A DNA stretch of 64,000 bases from a virus. Lineage: Duplodnaviria > Caudoviricetes. The position numbers and the translations under genes were made by a program. Below, piece after piece: positions 35,294-42,843 of this stretch. Position 1 is the first letter of the stretch. Each line of letters opens with the position of its first letter. Location of the stretch: the IMG/VR virus record IMGVR_UViG_3300034128_000023, positions 147 to 64,146 of that record; one strand, 5' to 3'. The notes under the pieces were generated by a model that worked only from the letters and a program-made list of their open reading frames with translations, was not told the origin of the DNA and searched no databases.

Positions 35294-36460
35294 ATGGCTC
35301 AGATGGACGGCAAGATGATTAAGAACGGTACGGTTACTTCGGCTAAGGTCGACAGTACCGTCCTGGTGACCGACGCGGCTCGCTCCCTCGTCGCGACTTT
35401 GACTGTCGGCACTGGCGGGGACATCATCGTTCCTTCCGTACCGGCCGGCGACACTTCGGCCGTCAACAAGGCTTACGTTGACGCCAAGGCCCAGGGCCTC
35501 GACCTGAAGAACTCGGTCAATGCCGTCACCGCGGTGGCCCTGCCGGCCTACACGCGTACTGGCAATGTCATCACGGCCAGCTCCCTCGGTGCCCTGCCAG
35601 CAATCGACGGCGTGACCCTTGACGCAGTCAACAAGAACCGCCTCCTCCTCAAGAACGGCGCGGCCGGTGCAGACAACGGCATTTACGTTGTGACCAACGC
35701 TGGCTCGGCTGGCGCCGCGTTCGTGTTGACCCGTGCCGATGACGCCGACACCGACGCCAAGGTAACGAGCGGCATGTTCACCTGGGGCATTGAGGGGACC
35801 CTCAACGGCCTCAAGGGCTGGGCTCTCACCACCCCTGACCCCATCACCCTGAACACGACCGCGCTTTCGTTCACGCAGGTCTCGCAGGCCACTGCTCCCA
35901 CGTGGGGCGGCATCACCGGCACCCTGAGTGCACAGACCGACCTCCAGACCGCACTGGACGGCAAGGTTGATGAGAACGCCGCTATCACTGGCGCGACCCA
36001 CACCAAAATCACGTACGACGCAAAGGGCCTCGTTACCTCCGGCTCGGACGCGACGACCGCAGATATCGCCAGCAGCACTGACCGCCGGTACGTGACCGAC
36101 GCACAGCTCGTTGTTGTCGGTAACACCAGCGGAACCAACACCGGCGACCAGTCCTTCCGCGCCGACATGCGGAGCCTGACGGCTTCGGTTACCACGGCAG
36201 ACCACGACCAGGCGATGGTGGCCACGGTGTCTGCATCCAACACCCACGGCGGCGAAGTTGCCGTGTTCGTGGACGGTCAGAAGCAGTTTGTCGCGGTCGA
36301 CGGCGCAACCCGCAACGGCGATTGCTACTTCAGCGCCGACGGCGCGGCGGCTCGTGCATTCGCGGCAATCGTCAGCGGTGACAAGCTCTACTGGAACGGC
36401 TCGATTGCCGGTTTCCAGCTCGCTGCCACCGACAAGATTGACGTTCTGTTCATGCCGTAA
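35294..36460 (+). CDS. modular fibre/decoration protein
   Basis: AVNKAYVD..AQGLD.K.SV fibre-type motif; TWGG.TGTLS.QTDLQ module; CYFSADG module. Confidence 0.85.
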   Translation: MAQMDGKMIKNGTVTSAKVDSTVLVTDAARSLVATLTVGTGGDIIVPSVPAGDTSAVNKAYVDAKAQGLDLKNSVNAVTAVALPAYTRTGNVITASSLGALPAIDGVTLDAVNKNRLLLKNGAAGADNGIYVVTNAGSAGAAFVLTRADDADTDAKVTSGMFTWGIEGTLNGLKGWALTTPDPITLNTTALSFTQVSQATAPTWGGITGTLSAQTDLQTALDGKVDENAAITGATHTKITYDAKGLVTSGSDATTADIASSTDRRYVTDAQLVVVGNTSGTNTGDQSFRADMRSLTASVTTADHDQAMVATVSASNTHGGEVAVFVDGQKQFVAVDGATRNGDCYFSADGAAARAFAAIVSGDKLYWNGSIAGFQLAATDKIDVLFMP

Positions 36461-36551
36461 GCTGTAAAACCACACATCCCCTGGTTGGCGCCACCCGACA
36501 GACGAGGTGGCGGGCGGTCCGATTCCGCCGGTGTGTTAGGATGGGACACTA

Positions 36552-38678
36552 ATGCGAACTCCTCTTAAGCAGATTGCTCCCGACGGCGCCACCAATGGCC
36601 AAGCCCCGGTCTTCAACGCCACGTCCGGCCACTGGGAGCCCGGCACCGTAGGCTCGCCGACTGTCGGAGCGTTTTCTGGCATGGGGACCGCCGAGGGCGC
36701 TTCCATCTCGGCTGGCGTGCTGCACATCACTCCGGCGACCGACCTCCTCCCCGGAGCCGTAAGTACTGGGGTGCAGTCCTTTGCGGGCGACAAGACCTTT
36801 ACCGGTAGCGTCGCTGTTGTTGGCAACATTACCGCCGATTCGGTTACTGCAGCCAACGCGAACTCCTTCCTGAATTTGGGGAGCGGTCCTGCGCAACTGT
36901 TCCATTACGGTACGAACGGGGTGAATTCTTACGTCGCGATTAGTGACACGGCACTGGAACTCTCCATCTACGACGACCTCAACGGGCAGTGGGGGTCCAC
37001 GTTCAGCATGAGCGAGGCTTCGACAATCCTGAATGCGAGCGGTTCGGTGTACCTGCACGCAGCCTCGGCCGCTCGGCTGAGCGGCGGTGTTGGCATTCAG
37101 TCCACGGACGTAGTTGTCCGCGTGGGCTCTATGGTAGGCGACGCTTCCGTCCACGCAGACGCGAAGCTCTTGTCGGTCGGCACCAACCTGGCGGCGACCC
37201 CCGTCGAATACTTTGGCGTCACCAAAAGCTACACCCTCATGCAGGACGCCAGGTTCAACCCCAAGGCGGTCTCTGCGTCTCCCGTTGAGGGCATGGTTTA
37301 CTACGACCAGACAGCGCACGTTCTGAAGTTCCGTAACGCGTCAGCATGGGTCGACTGTGGCGGCGGCGGCGGTAGTTTCAGCATGGGAGCGTTTGGGAGC
37401 ACCCCAAACGCGAACGGCGGAACTGCCTCTGCGGGCGTTCTGACTCTTCAGCCCGCTGACGGAACTCATCCGGGTGGGGTGAGCACTGGAACGCAGACGT
37501 TCGTGGGAGCGAAAACTTTCTCGAATGGTGTGTTCGCCGGAGGCTCGGGTCTGACCGCCACCGGAGAGGTTTTCTGTTCCTCTGGCGGTTTTTACACGAA
37601 CAACGCCGCGGGCGCCCAGCTCTACGTCAATCTGGGCACGGTTGGCGCGGGAACGACATGCGCAAAGGTAGGGACGACCAAAGCGGCGGCCGACCTGCTC
37701 GACGACACCAGACTTCTCTCTGTGCAGAGCGGTCTGGGGAACGTCACGGAGGTCGAGCATTTCTTTATTACGAAGAACAGCGCGTCCTTTTCTGGCAGCG
37801 TCACCATGACCGGAGACGTGTATTCGGGCAGCGGCGTTTTTTGGGGCGGCGGGGCTGCTATCAATGGTGTGAAGCTGTATTGCGTACCAGAGTTTGGCGG
37901 CGGGGCAACTGACGTATGTGTGACGGCGGGGACCGCCAGGGCTACCGCAAGCGTCGACGCCGGCGCCGCCCTGCTCTCTGTCCGTACAGGCGTCCACGGG
38001 ACCGAAAGCGAGCACTTCAAAGTCACCAAGACCGGCATCACAGCGGCAGAGCTGACCGGCAACGCGGCAACGGCCACCAAGCTCGCAACGGCCCGCACAA
38101 TCAACGGCATTTCATTCGATGGTACGGCGGACATCAACCTACCTGTGATTGGCGCTCTGCTGAGCCGAGGCAACACCTATATCTGCGGACAGAATTCGTG
38201 CGGGAACGTCGGTGGCGCCAACAACACAGCTCTCAGGCAATATTTTGTCCCGTTCGTCCTTGCACGCACGGTCAGCGTCACCCAGCTGGGGGGCGCCAAC
38301 GGCGCTGGCGGGAGCGGCACAGCCCAGGCGGGCATCTACGGCAACACGACAGTTGGGGGGCTCGACCACCCCGGCACTCTTCTTGCGTCGGTTTCCCTGC
38401 CCAACATGGCCCTCTCGGGCTTTTTGAGCGGCACTGTATCTCTGACGCTCCAGGCTGGCACTATTTACTGGGCCAGCTTTGTGTCTACCAATATCGCCAC
38501 CTGGCTTCAGGCAAATGCGAACGAGATGACCTGTCTCTTGGGTTGGGCCGGCACCAATAGGAACATAGCTCAGACCCACCTCTACGATACTCTGGCTTCT
38601 GCTGTCCTGCCCGGCACCGCGAACACCACCTTGACGTCCAACATCGGCGCCGCATGTACGGTCGCCTTCGTATATTAA
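36552..38678 (+). CDS. long tail fibre-like protein
   Basis: Internal repeats (PGAVSTG.Q.F.G.KTF; LLSV.T.); ATATKLATARTING.SFDGTADI motif. Confidence 0.85.
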   Translation: MRTPLKQIAPDGATNGQAPVFNATSGHWEPGTVGSPTVGAFSGMGTAEGASISAGVLHITPATDLLPGAVSTGVQSFAGDKTFTGSVAVVGNITADSVTAANANSFLNLGSGPAQLFHYGTNGVNSYVAISDTALELSIYDDLNGQWGSTFSMSEASTILNASGSVYLHAASAARLSGGVGIQSTDVVVRVGSMVGDASVHADAKLLSVGTNLAATPVEYFGVTKSYTLMQDARFNPKAVSASPVEGMVYYDQTAHVLKFRNASAWVDCGGGGGSFSMGAFGSTPNANGGTASAGVLTLQPADGTHPGGVSTGTQTFVGAKTFSNGVFAGGSGLTATGEVFCSSGGFYTNNAAGAQLYVNLGTVGAGTTCAKVGTTKAAADLLDDTRLLSVQSGLGNVTEVEHFFITKNSASFSGSVTMTGDVYSGSGVFWGGGAAINGVKLYCVPEFGGGATDVCVTAGTARATASVDAGAALLSVRTGVHGTESEHFKVTKTGITAAELTGNAATATKLATARTINGISFDGTADINLPVIGALLSRGNTYICGQNSCGNVGGANNTALRQYFVPFVLARTVSVTQLGGANGAGGSGTAQAGIYGNTTVGGLDHPGTLLASVSLPNMALSGFLSGTVSLTLQAGTIYWASFVSTNIATWLQANANEMTCLLGWAGTNRNIAQTHLYDTLASAVLPGTANTTLTSNIGAACTVAFVY

Positions 38679-38685
38679 GGAAAGT

Positions 38686-39126
38686 ATGTCTATCAACTAC
38701 ACAGAAAAGGGCGTTGGGCTGCACGAGGCCGTGAGCGCGGCTGGCCACACCCTTTGGTGCTTGGATGGCGTGTGGCGCGCCGACGATGAAGCCGCAGTGC
38801 AAAAAATCATCGACGGCTTCAACCCGTATTCCGTCTCCGAGCTGGAGAGGCAAGCAGAGAAGGCGGTTCTGTTTGGCCGAGACCTCGCGGACAAAGTGGC
38901 GAAGAAGGTTTGGGCGATGAACACCTATTTGGCCAACATGGAGTTCCCTCTGACCGCAGAGGAAATCCTGGACCTCTTGAAGTCCACCTCCGCCGTCGAC
39001 CTCGCATTGCGCAACGGGGCCCTTCATACGGCTCGTGGCCTTCTGGCTGATATCAAGACGGCCCGTCCCGAATACACGGACGCAATCCTTTTTGCTACCG
39101 CGTCGATTGATTCGTTTCTGAAGTAA
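38686..39126 (+). CDS. putative tail-fibre assembly/chaperone protein
   Basis: Follows long fibre gene; helical 146 aa; SD AAGGAAAG. Confidence 0.55.
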   Translation: MSINYTEKGVGLHEAVSAAGHTLWCLDGVWRADDEAAVQKIIDGFNPYSVSELERQAEKAVLFGRDLADKVAKKVWAMNTYLANMEFPLTAEEILDLLKSTSAVDLALRNGALHTARGLLADIKTARPEYTDAILFATASIDSFLK

Positions 39127-39138
39127 CCCGGTTGAGCG

Positions 39139-39144
39139 TAATCT
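39139..39144 (+). promoter_or_regulatory. putative late promoter TAATCT
   Basis: GTAATCT then AGGAGA SD. Confidence 0.7.
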
Positions 39145-39166
39145 TAGCACGTAGGAGAATACATAA

Positions 39167-40102
39167 ATGCGTACACCCCTCAAGCTGATTGCCCCCTCCG
39201 GGGCTACCCAGGGCCAAGCCCCCATCTTCAATGCGACCTCTGGGGCATGGGAGGCCGGCGACGTCAACCAGGCTGGCGGCTTCGCCAACAACAACCGCAA
39301 TATGACCGCGTCGGCCACCACGGCTGACGGTCAGGTTGCGACCGCAACGGGGCTTGCAATCGACCTGAGCGCTTGGGTTGCTGTTCTCGTGGACGGCCGC
39401 GGGGTGAACGTCGGCGACGGCGTCAAGACGGTGGACTGCTACTTCAGCGCCGACGGCGGAACGACCGCCCGCGCTTTCGGCGAACTCCAGAGCGGCGACC
39501 TGCTCTACTGGAACGGCTCGGTTGCAGGCTACCAGCTTGCGACGACGGACCGCATCGACTTCCTCTTCGACCTCGAGAACGGTACTGGGTCCGGCGGTGG
39601 CGGCGGCAGCGGTCTCCCCCCTGGAACGGAAGGTGATGTGCTGATGTATCTTTCTGGCGCCTGGGTCGGCACGCCGGCAGGCAACGTGCTGCCCACCTCG
39701 TCGGTCAACAACATCCTGCTCCCCAACGGCTCCGGTGGGTGGATTTCCGGCACGTCGATGGCCGGGTGGCCCATCGTCGACAGCAGCTCGTCGTTTGGCC
39801 CCGCGGCCCTCTCACTTGTGAGTCAGACCACGCAGCTGGCGCTCGATTCCGGCGTCATTGCCGACGTAACACTGGCATCTACCCCCACGATAACAGATGG
39901 CGGCGACATCGGCTCGCAGCTTACTGTGTACTCGGCCCTCGACAACCTGTACAATATCACCCTGCAGTCAGAGGATACCCTGCCGGGTTCGAGGATTGAA
40001 TTGGTGGGCGGCGGAACCGTAACGCTTGCTCCTGGCGACGCCGTCCAGTTCGCCTTTCATGTCGGTCGTGGATGGGTGGAAATCTACAGGCTGCTGGCTT
40101 AA
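39167..40102 (+). CDS. modular fibre/decoration protein
   Basis: MRTPLK.IAP.GA..GQAP.FNATSG.WE N-terminus shared with 36552; DCYFSADGG module. Confidence 0.85.
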   Translation: MRTPLKLIAPSGATQGQAPIFNATSGAWEAGDVNQAGGFANNNRNMTASATTADGQVATATGLAIDLSAWVAVLVDGRGVNVGDGVKTVDCYFSADGGTTARAFGELQSGDLLYWNGSVAGYQLATTDRIDFLFDLENGTGSGGGGGSGLPPGTEGDVLMYLSGAWVGTPAGNVLPTSSVNNILLPNGSGGWISGTSMAGWPIVDSSSSFGPAALSLVSQTTQLALDSGVIADVTLASTPTITDGGDIGSQLTVYSALDNLYNITLQSEDTLPGSRIELVGGGTVTLAPGDAVQFAFHVGRGWVEIYRLLA

Positions 40103-40329
40103 TCCCCGCCGTTCAGGACCACCTCGACCTCGCCCTTGTGAGTAGCAAGAGCGAGAGCCCCCATGGTGCACATTTGCGTGTTTGGACTACGGAGGCGGCC
40201 GAAAAGGACCGCCTCTTTTGCGTCCGAGTCTGCAACGACCACCCCGGCGGACCGCAAAGCGTCCAAGATGATTCCAAGGACGGTGAGGTTGCCAACGCCG
40301 GTGACCGTCACGACGATTTTGTCTGCCAT
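40099..40329 (-). CDS. hypothetical protein
   Basis: MADKIVV... ORF. Confidence 0.55.
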   Translation of the reverse strand: MADKIVVTVTGVGNLTVLGIILDALRSAGVVVADSDAKEAVLFGRLRSPNTQMCTMGALALATHKGEVEVVLNGGD

Positions 40330-40339
40330 TTTGTTTTGT

Positions 40340-40555
40340 TCACTCCGCTGGGGTTTGGTAGTTGAGCTGCGAAAGAAGGTCGGCGTTTTGCTTCTGAAGG
40401 AGGGCGATTGAGCCACGGGCACTTCGTTTGTCCAGCTCGTGGCGCTCGACCAGCTTCACGTGGATTTCGCGCTCGCGAATCAGCATCGAACGCAGAGTGA
40501 GAATTTCCAGAATCGCGTCGTCAAGCGTCGTCGGAAGCGGTGACTCGTCTGCCAT
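40340..40555 (-). CDS. coiled-coil hypothetical protein
   Basis: MADESPL... ORF. Confidence 0.55.
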   Translation of the reverse strand: MADESPLPTTLDDAILEILTLRSMLIREREIHVKLVERHELDKRSARGSIALLQKQNADLLSQLNYQTPAE

Positions 40556-40566
40556 GGGGTGGATGT

Positions 40567-40752
40567 TCACTTGGTCTCCTTGACCACATCTTCTACCACT
40601 GTGTCTTCCGCGAAGCAACCGTGCTTGATGGCTTTTTCTGTTGCGGGGTTCTTCAGGTGCAGCAGGCCGCACCGCCAGCAAAACCGGAGCCACGGCTGGC
40701 GCTTCGGAGTGAACCAGCGGTGAGGCACCCGTTCTGAAACGCCCCGTTTCAT
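40567..40752 (-). CDS. small Cys/His protein
   Basis: PHRW...FCWRCGLL...C. Confidence 0.6.
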   Translation of the reverse strand: MKRGVSERVPHRWFTPKRQPWLRFCWRCGLLHLKNPATEKAIKHGCFAEDTVVEDVVKETK

Positions 40753-41393
40753 TCCAGCGTTACCGCCGGCCGGCAGCGGGGCTCAGACTTCCACTTCCGA
40801 TACAGGTCTGCGGTCCGCACGAAGCCCGCCATAAGCGTATCGGGGCCGAACCCGCCGGACAGCCACAGGTTGAAGTCCACGTAGATTTCCGACACAGCGT
40901 CCGAGTAGGTGTCGGGGACAATCTCGACTCGGACCTCATCGAGGTCGTTGGGGGCGTCGTTGACGGCGCAAAGAAGCCGGTCGTCGGTCCCCAGCTTCCG
41001 GGTCTGGAAGCACCACAACGTGATAAAGTGCCACATCACGGGCGCCAGATGGCAGGCTCCCGCCGTCGGGTCGGGCGGCTCCCCCTCCGGGGCCGGCGGT
41101 ACCAGGTCCTGACCAGAAGCGAACAGGAACAGGTGGCGAAGAAGGGCGTCCGCGCTCAGGCTCCAACTGTAGCCGCGTATGAAATTCCCGCGAGCATATT
41201 TTTTGGCACCAAGACCGTAATGCTTCGAGAGGGCCCACAGGGCCTCGACGGGCACCCGCTCAAAACCGCCCACTTCGGCCAGGAGCTGACTCATGAAGTC
41301 TGCGGGAATCAGACTCGGCTGGATGTCCTTGGAGCACTTTTCTCCCCCAGTTTTGGGGTCGACCTTTCGGACCTCGTGTGGGGTGTCACTCAT
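40749..41393 (-). CDS. dATP/dGTP diphosphohydrolase-domain protein (DUF5664-like)
   Basis: TGGEK, GAKKYARGNF.RGYSWS...DALLRHL. Confidence 0.75.
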   Translation of the reverse strand: MSDTPHEVRKVDPKTGGEKCSKDIQPSLIPADFMSQLLAEVGGFERVPVEALWALSKHYGLGAKKYARGNFIRGYSWSLSADALLRHLFLFASGQDLVPPAPEGEPPDPTAGACHLAPVMWHFITLWCFQTRKLGTDDRLLCAVNDAPNDLDEVRVEIVPDTYSDAVSEIYVDFNLWLSGGFGPDTLMAGFVRTADLYRKWKSEPRCRPAVTLE

Positions 41394-41580
41394 CTGCCGA
41401 CTCCTCGAGGTCAAAAATGCGGTCGTACACCATCATCGCGGCCTCGAAAGAGGGCACGGCTCCCACGCACAGGGCTGCCTCCCGACAAGCGATGTTCCAC
41501 CGAATGACGAAGCGTCGGTGGGCCTCCTGTGCCTTGGCGTAGTCCTCTGCGTTTACCATGTCCTTGTCCTTCTTGTCCAT
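41386..41580 (-). CDS. hypothetical protein
   Basis: MDKKDKD...; SD GGAGG. Confidence 0.55.
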   Translation of the reverse strand: MDKKDKDMVNAEDYAKAQEAHRRFVIRWNIACREAALCVGAVPSFEAAMMVYDRIFDLEESADE

Positions 41581-41581
41581 G

Positions 41582-42478
41582 TTATGCCTCCGAATCCATC
41601 TTCCTGAACAGCTTGCCTGCTGCGGACCGAATCGCCTTGCGGGTGACCGGGGCGTCCTCGAACTCGCCTGCACCCTCTCGGACGACGTCCTCTACCATAG
41701 CATCCAGGAAAGCTGGAGTGTCGCTCATGGTGAGGGTCCTGCCCAGCGTCCCCTTCAGCTTGTCGGCCACATGTCGACCGCGCTCCTCGGTCACGAACTC
41801 GGCCGCAACCGCCTCGGCGCTGGTGAGAGCCGCTGCGACCGCTGGGTCAAGCTGGGTGTCCTTCTTGGAGGCGCGCTCCGAGAAGTCGTCCCTCTTGTGC
41901 TTGGCGATGATGCGGTCACCGCCCGGGTAGACCAGCTCTACGACGGGGCGAATGACAATGCCCTCCGCCGGCCGGGGCACGTAGTCGACGACCCCATCCT
42001 TGAGGGCGTTCGCGACCCCCACCCGAGAGGGGATGTCCCGCTCCGCGTCCAGAGCCTCGCGGGTGCAGTCCACGAGGTTGAAGGGGACGAACTCGAGCCC
42101 CAGGTTCTCGACGAGCCGCTTCGCTTGCTCCGCCTGGAGCCACTTGCCCGAAATCATGACGTCGAAGGCAATGAAGCGCGCCTTGGTGCCGTACGTGGCC
42201 GACATCTTCTGCATCTTACCACCGTAGGCCTCGCCGTAGACGGTCACCTCGGATGGGGGCTCGTGGAAAATCTCCTTCATCTTGGCGAGCAGGACCTCCT
42301 CATCGAAGCACTTGACGAAGGTCTGGTGGTTCTCGCCGCCCGAAAAGTAGACGACCTTGCCTTCCTTGAACGTCAGGTGACTTGAGGTGCCGTGCAGCTT
42401 TTCGAGCGCGTAAACCCGCTTAAACAGGTCGAGAATCCGTCGGTCTTTGGACAAATTATTAATGTGTAAATATCCCAT
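41582..42478 (-). CDS. ATP-dependent RNA ligase, Rnl2 family
   Basis: EKLHGTS (motif I), YGEAYG, AFDV, EGIVIRP, IAKHK. Confidence 0.85.
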   Translation of the reverse strand: MGYLHINNLSKDRRILDLFKRVYALEKLHGTSSHLTFKEGKVVYFSGGENHQTFVKCFDEEVLLAKMKEIFHEPPSEVTVYGEAYGGKMQKMSATYGTKARFIAFDVMISGKWLQAEQAKRLVENLGLEFVPFNLVDCTREALDAERDIPSRVGVANALKDGVVDYVPRPAEGIVIRPVVELVYPGGDRIIAKHKRDDFSERASKKDTQLDPAVAAALTSAEAVAAEFVTEERGRHVADKLKGTLGRTLTMSDTPAFLDAMVEDVVREGAGEFEDAPVTRKAIRSAAGKLFRKMDSEA

Positions 42479-42480
42479 TA

Positions 42481-42780
42481 TTATCCCTCTTCGTTGAAGA
42501 TGCACGGCGGCGTCACACCGCGGTTCCACTTGGCCAGAAGGTCTCGGAGACCGGCCGCCTCAGACTCGGCCTTTACGGCCGCGCGTCGCACCGCTTCGTT
42601 GGCACGGTCAAGGGCCATCGACCAAAACTGGGTGAAGTTTTCGGGGGCAACGTAGCGGTCGGGGCCGTGGCCGCGAATCCGCAGATACCCTCGGCCGAAC
42701 TCGGACACGGAACAGTCCTCGTCGCGGAATGTCTCGATGCCGCCCACCTTCGCTGCTCGGTCGGTAATATAGTAGCTCAT
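42481..42780 (-). CDS. hypothetical protein
   Basis: TTGACG-N18-TATGGT-N7-ATG upstream. Confidence 0.7.
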   Translation of the reverse strand: MSYYITDRAAKVGGIETFRDEDCSVSEFGRGYLRIRGHGPDRYVAPENFTQFWSMALDRANEAVRRAAVKAESEAAGLRDLLAKWNRGVTPPCIFNEEG

Positions 42781-42843
42781 GGTCGGCACCATACCTGACC
42801 CGGACCCTTGCCGTCAAGGGCAAATTGGTGTAATCTTCTGGGC
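42781..42843. promoter_or_regulatory. back-to-back early (minus) and late (plus) promoters
   Basis: minus TTGACG/TATGGT; plus GTAATCT 42830-42836, N7, ATG 42844. Confidence 0.7.

Noticed and set aside
34714-39600. Thrice-repeated GACTGCTACTTCAGCGCCGACGGCG...CTCTACTGGAACGGCTC segment as a diversity-generating retroelement TR/VR
   Set aside because: All copies lie in coding frames, differences are not adenine-specific, and no reverse transcriptase is in the window; explained as a shared protein module
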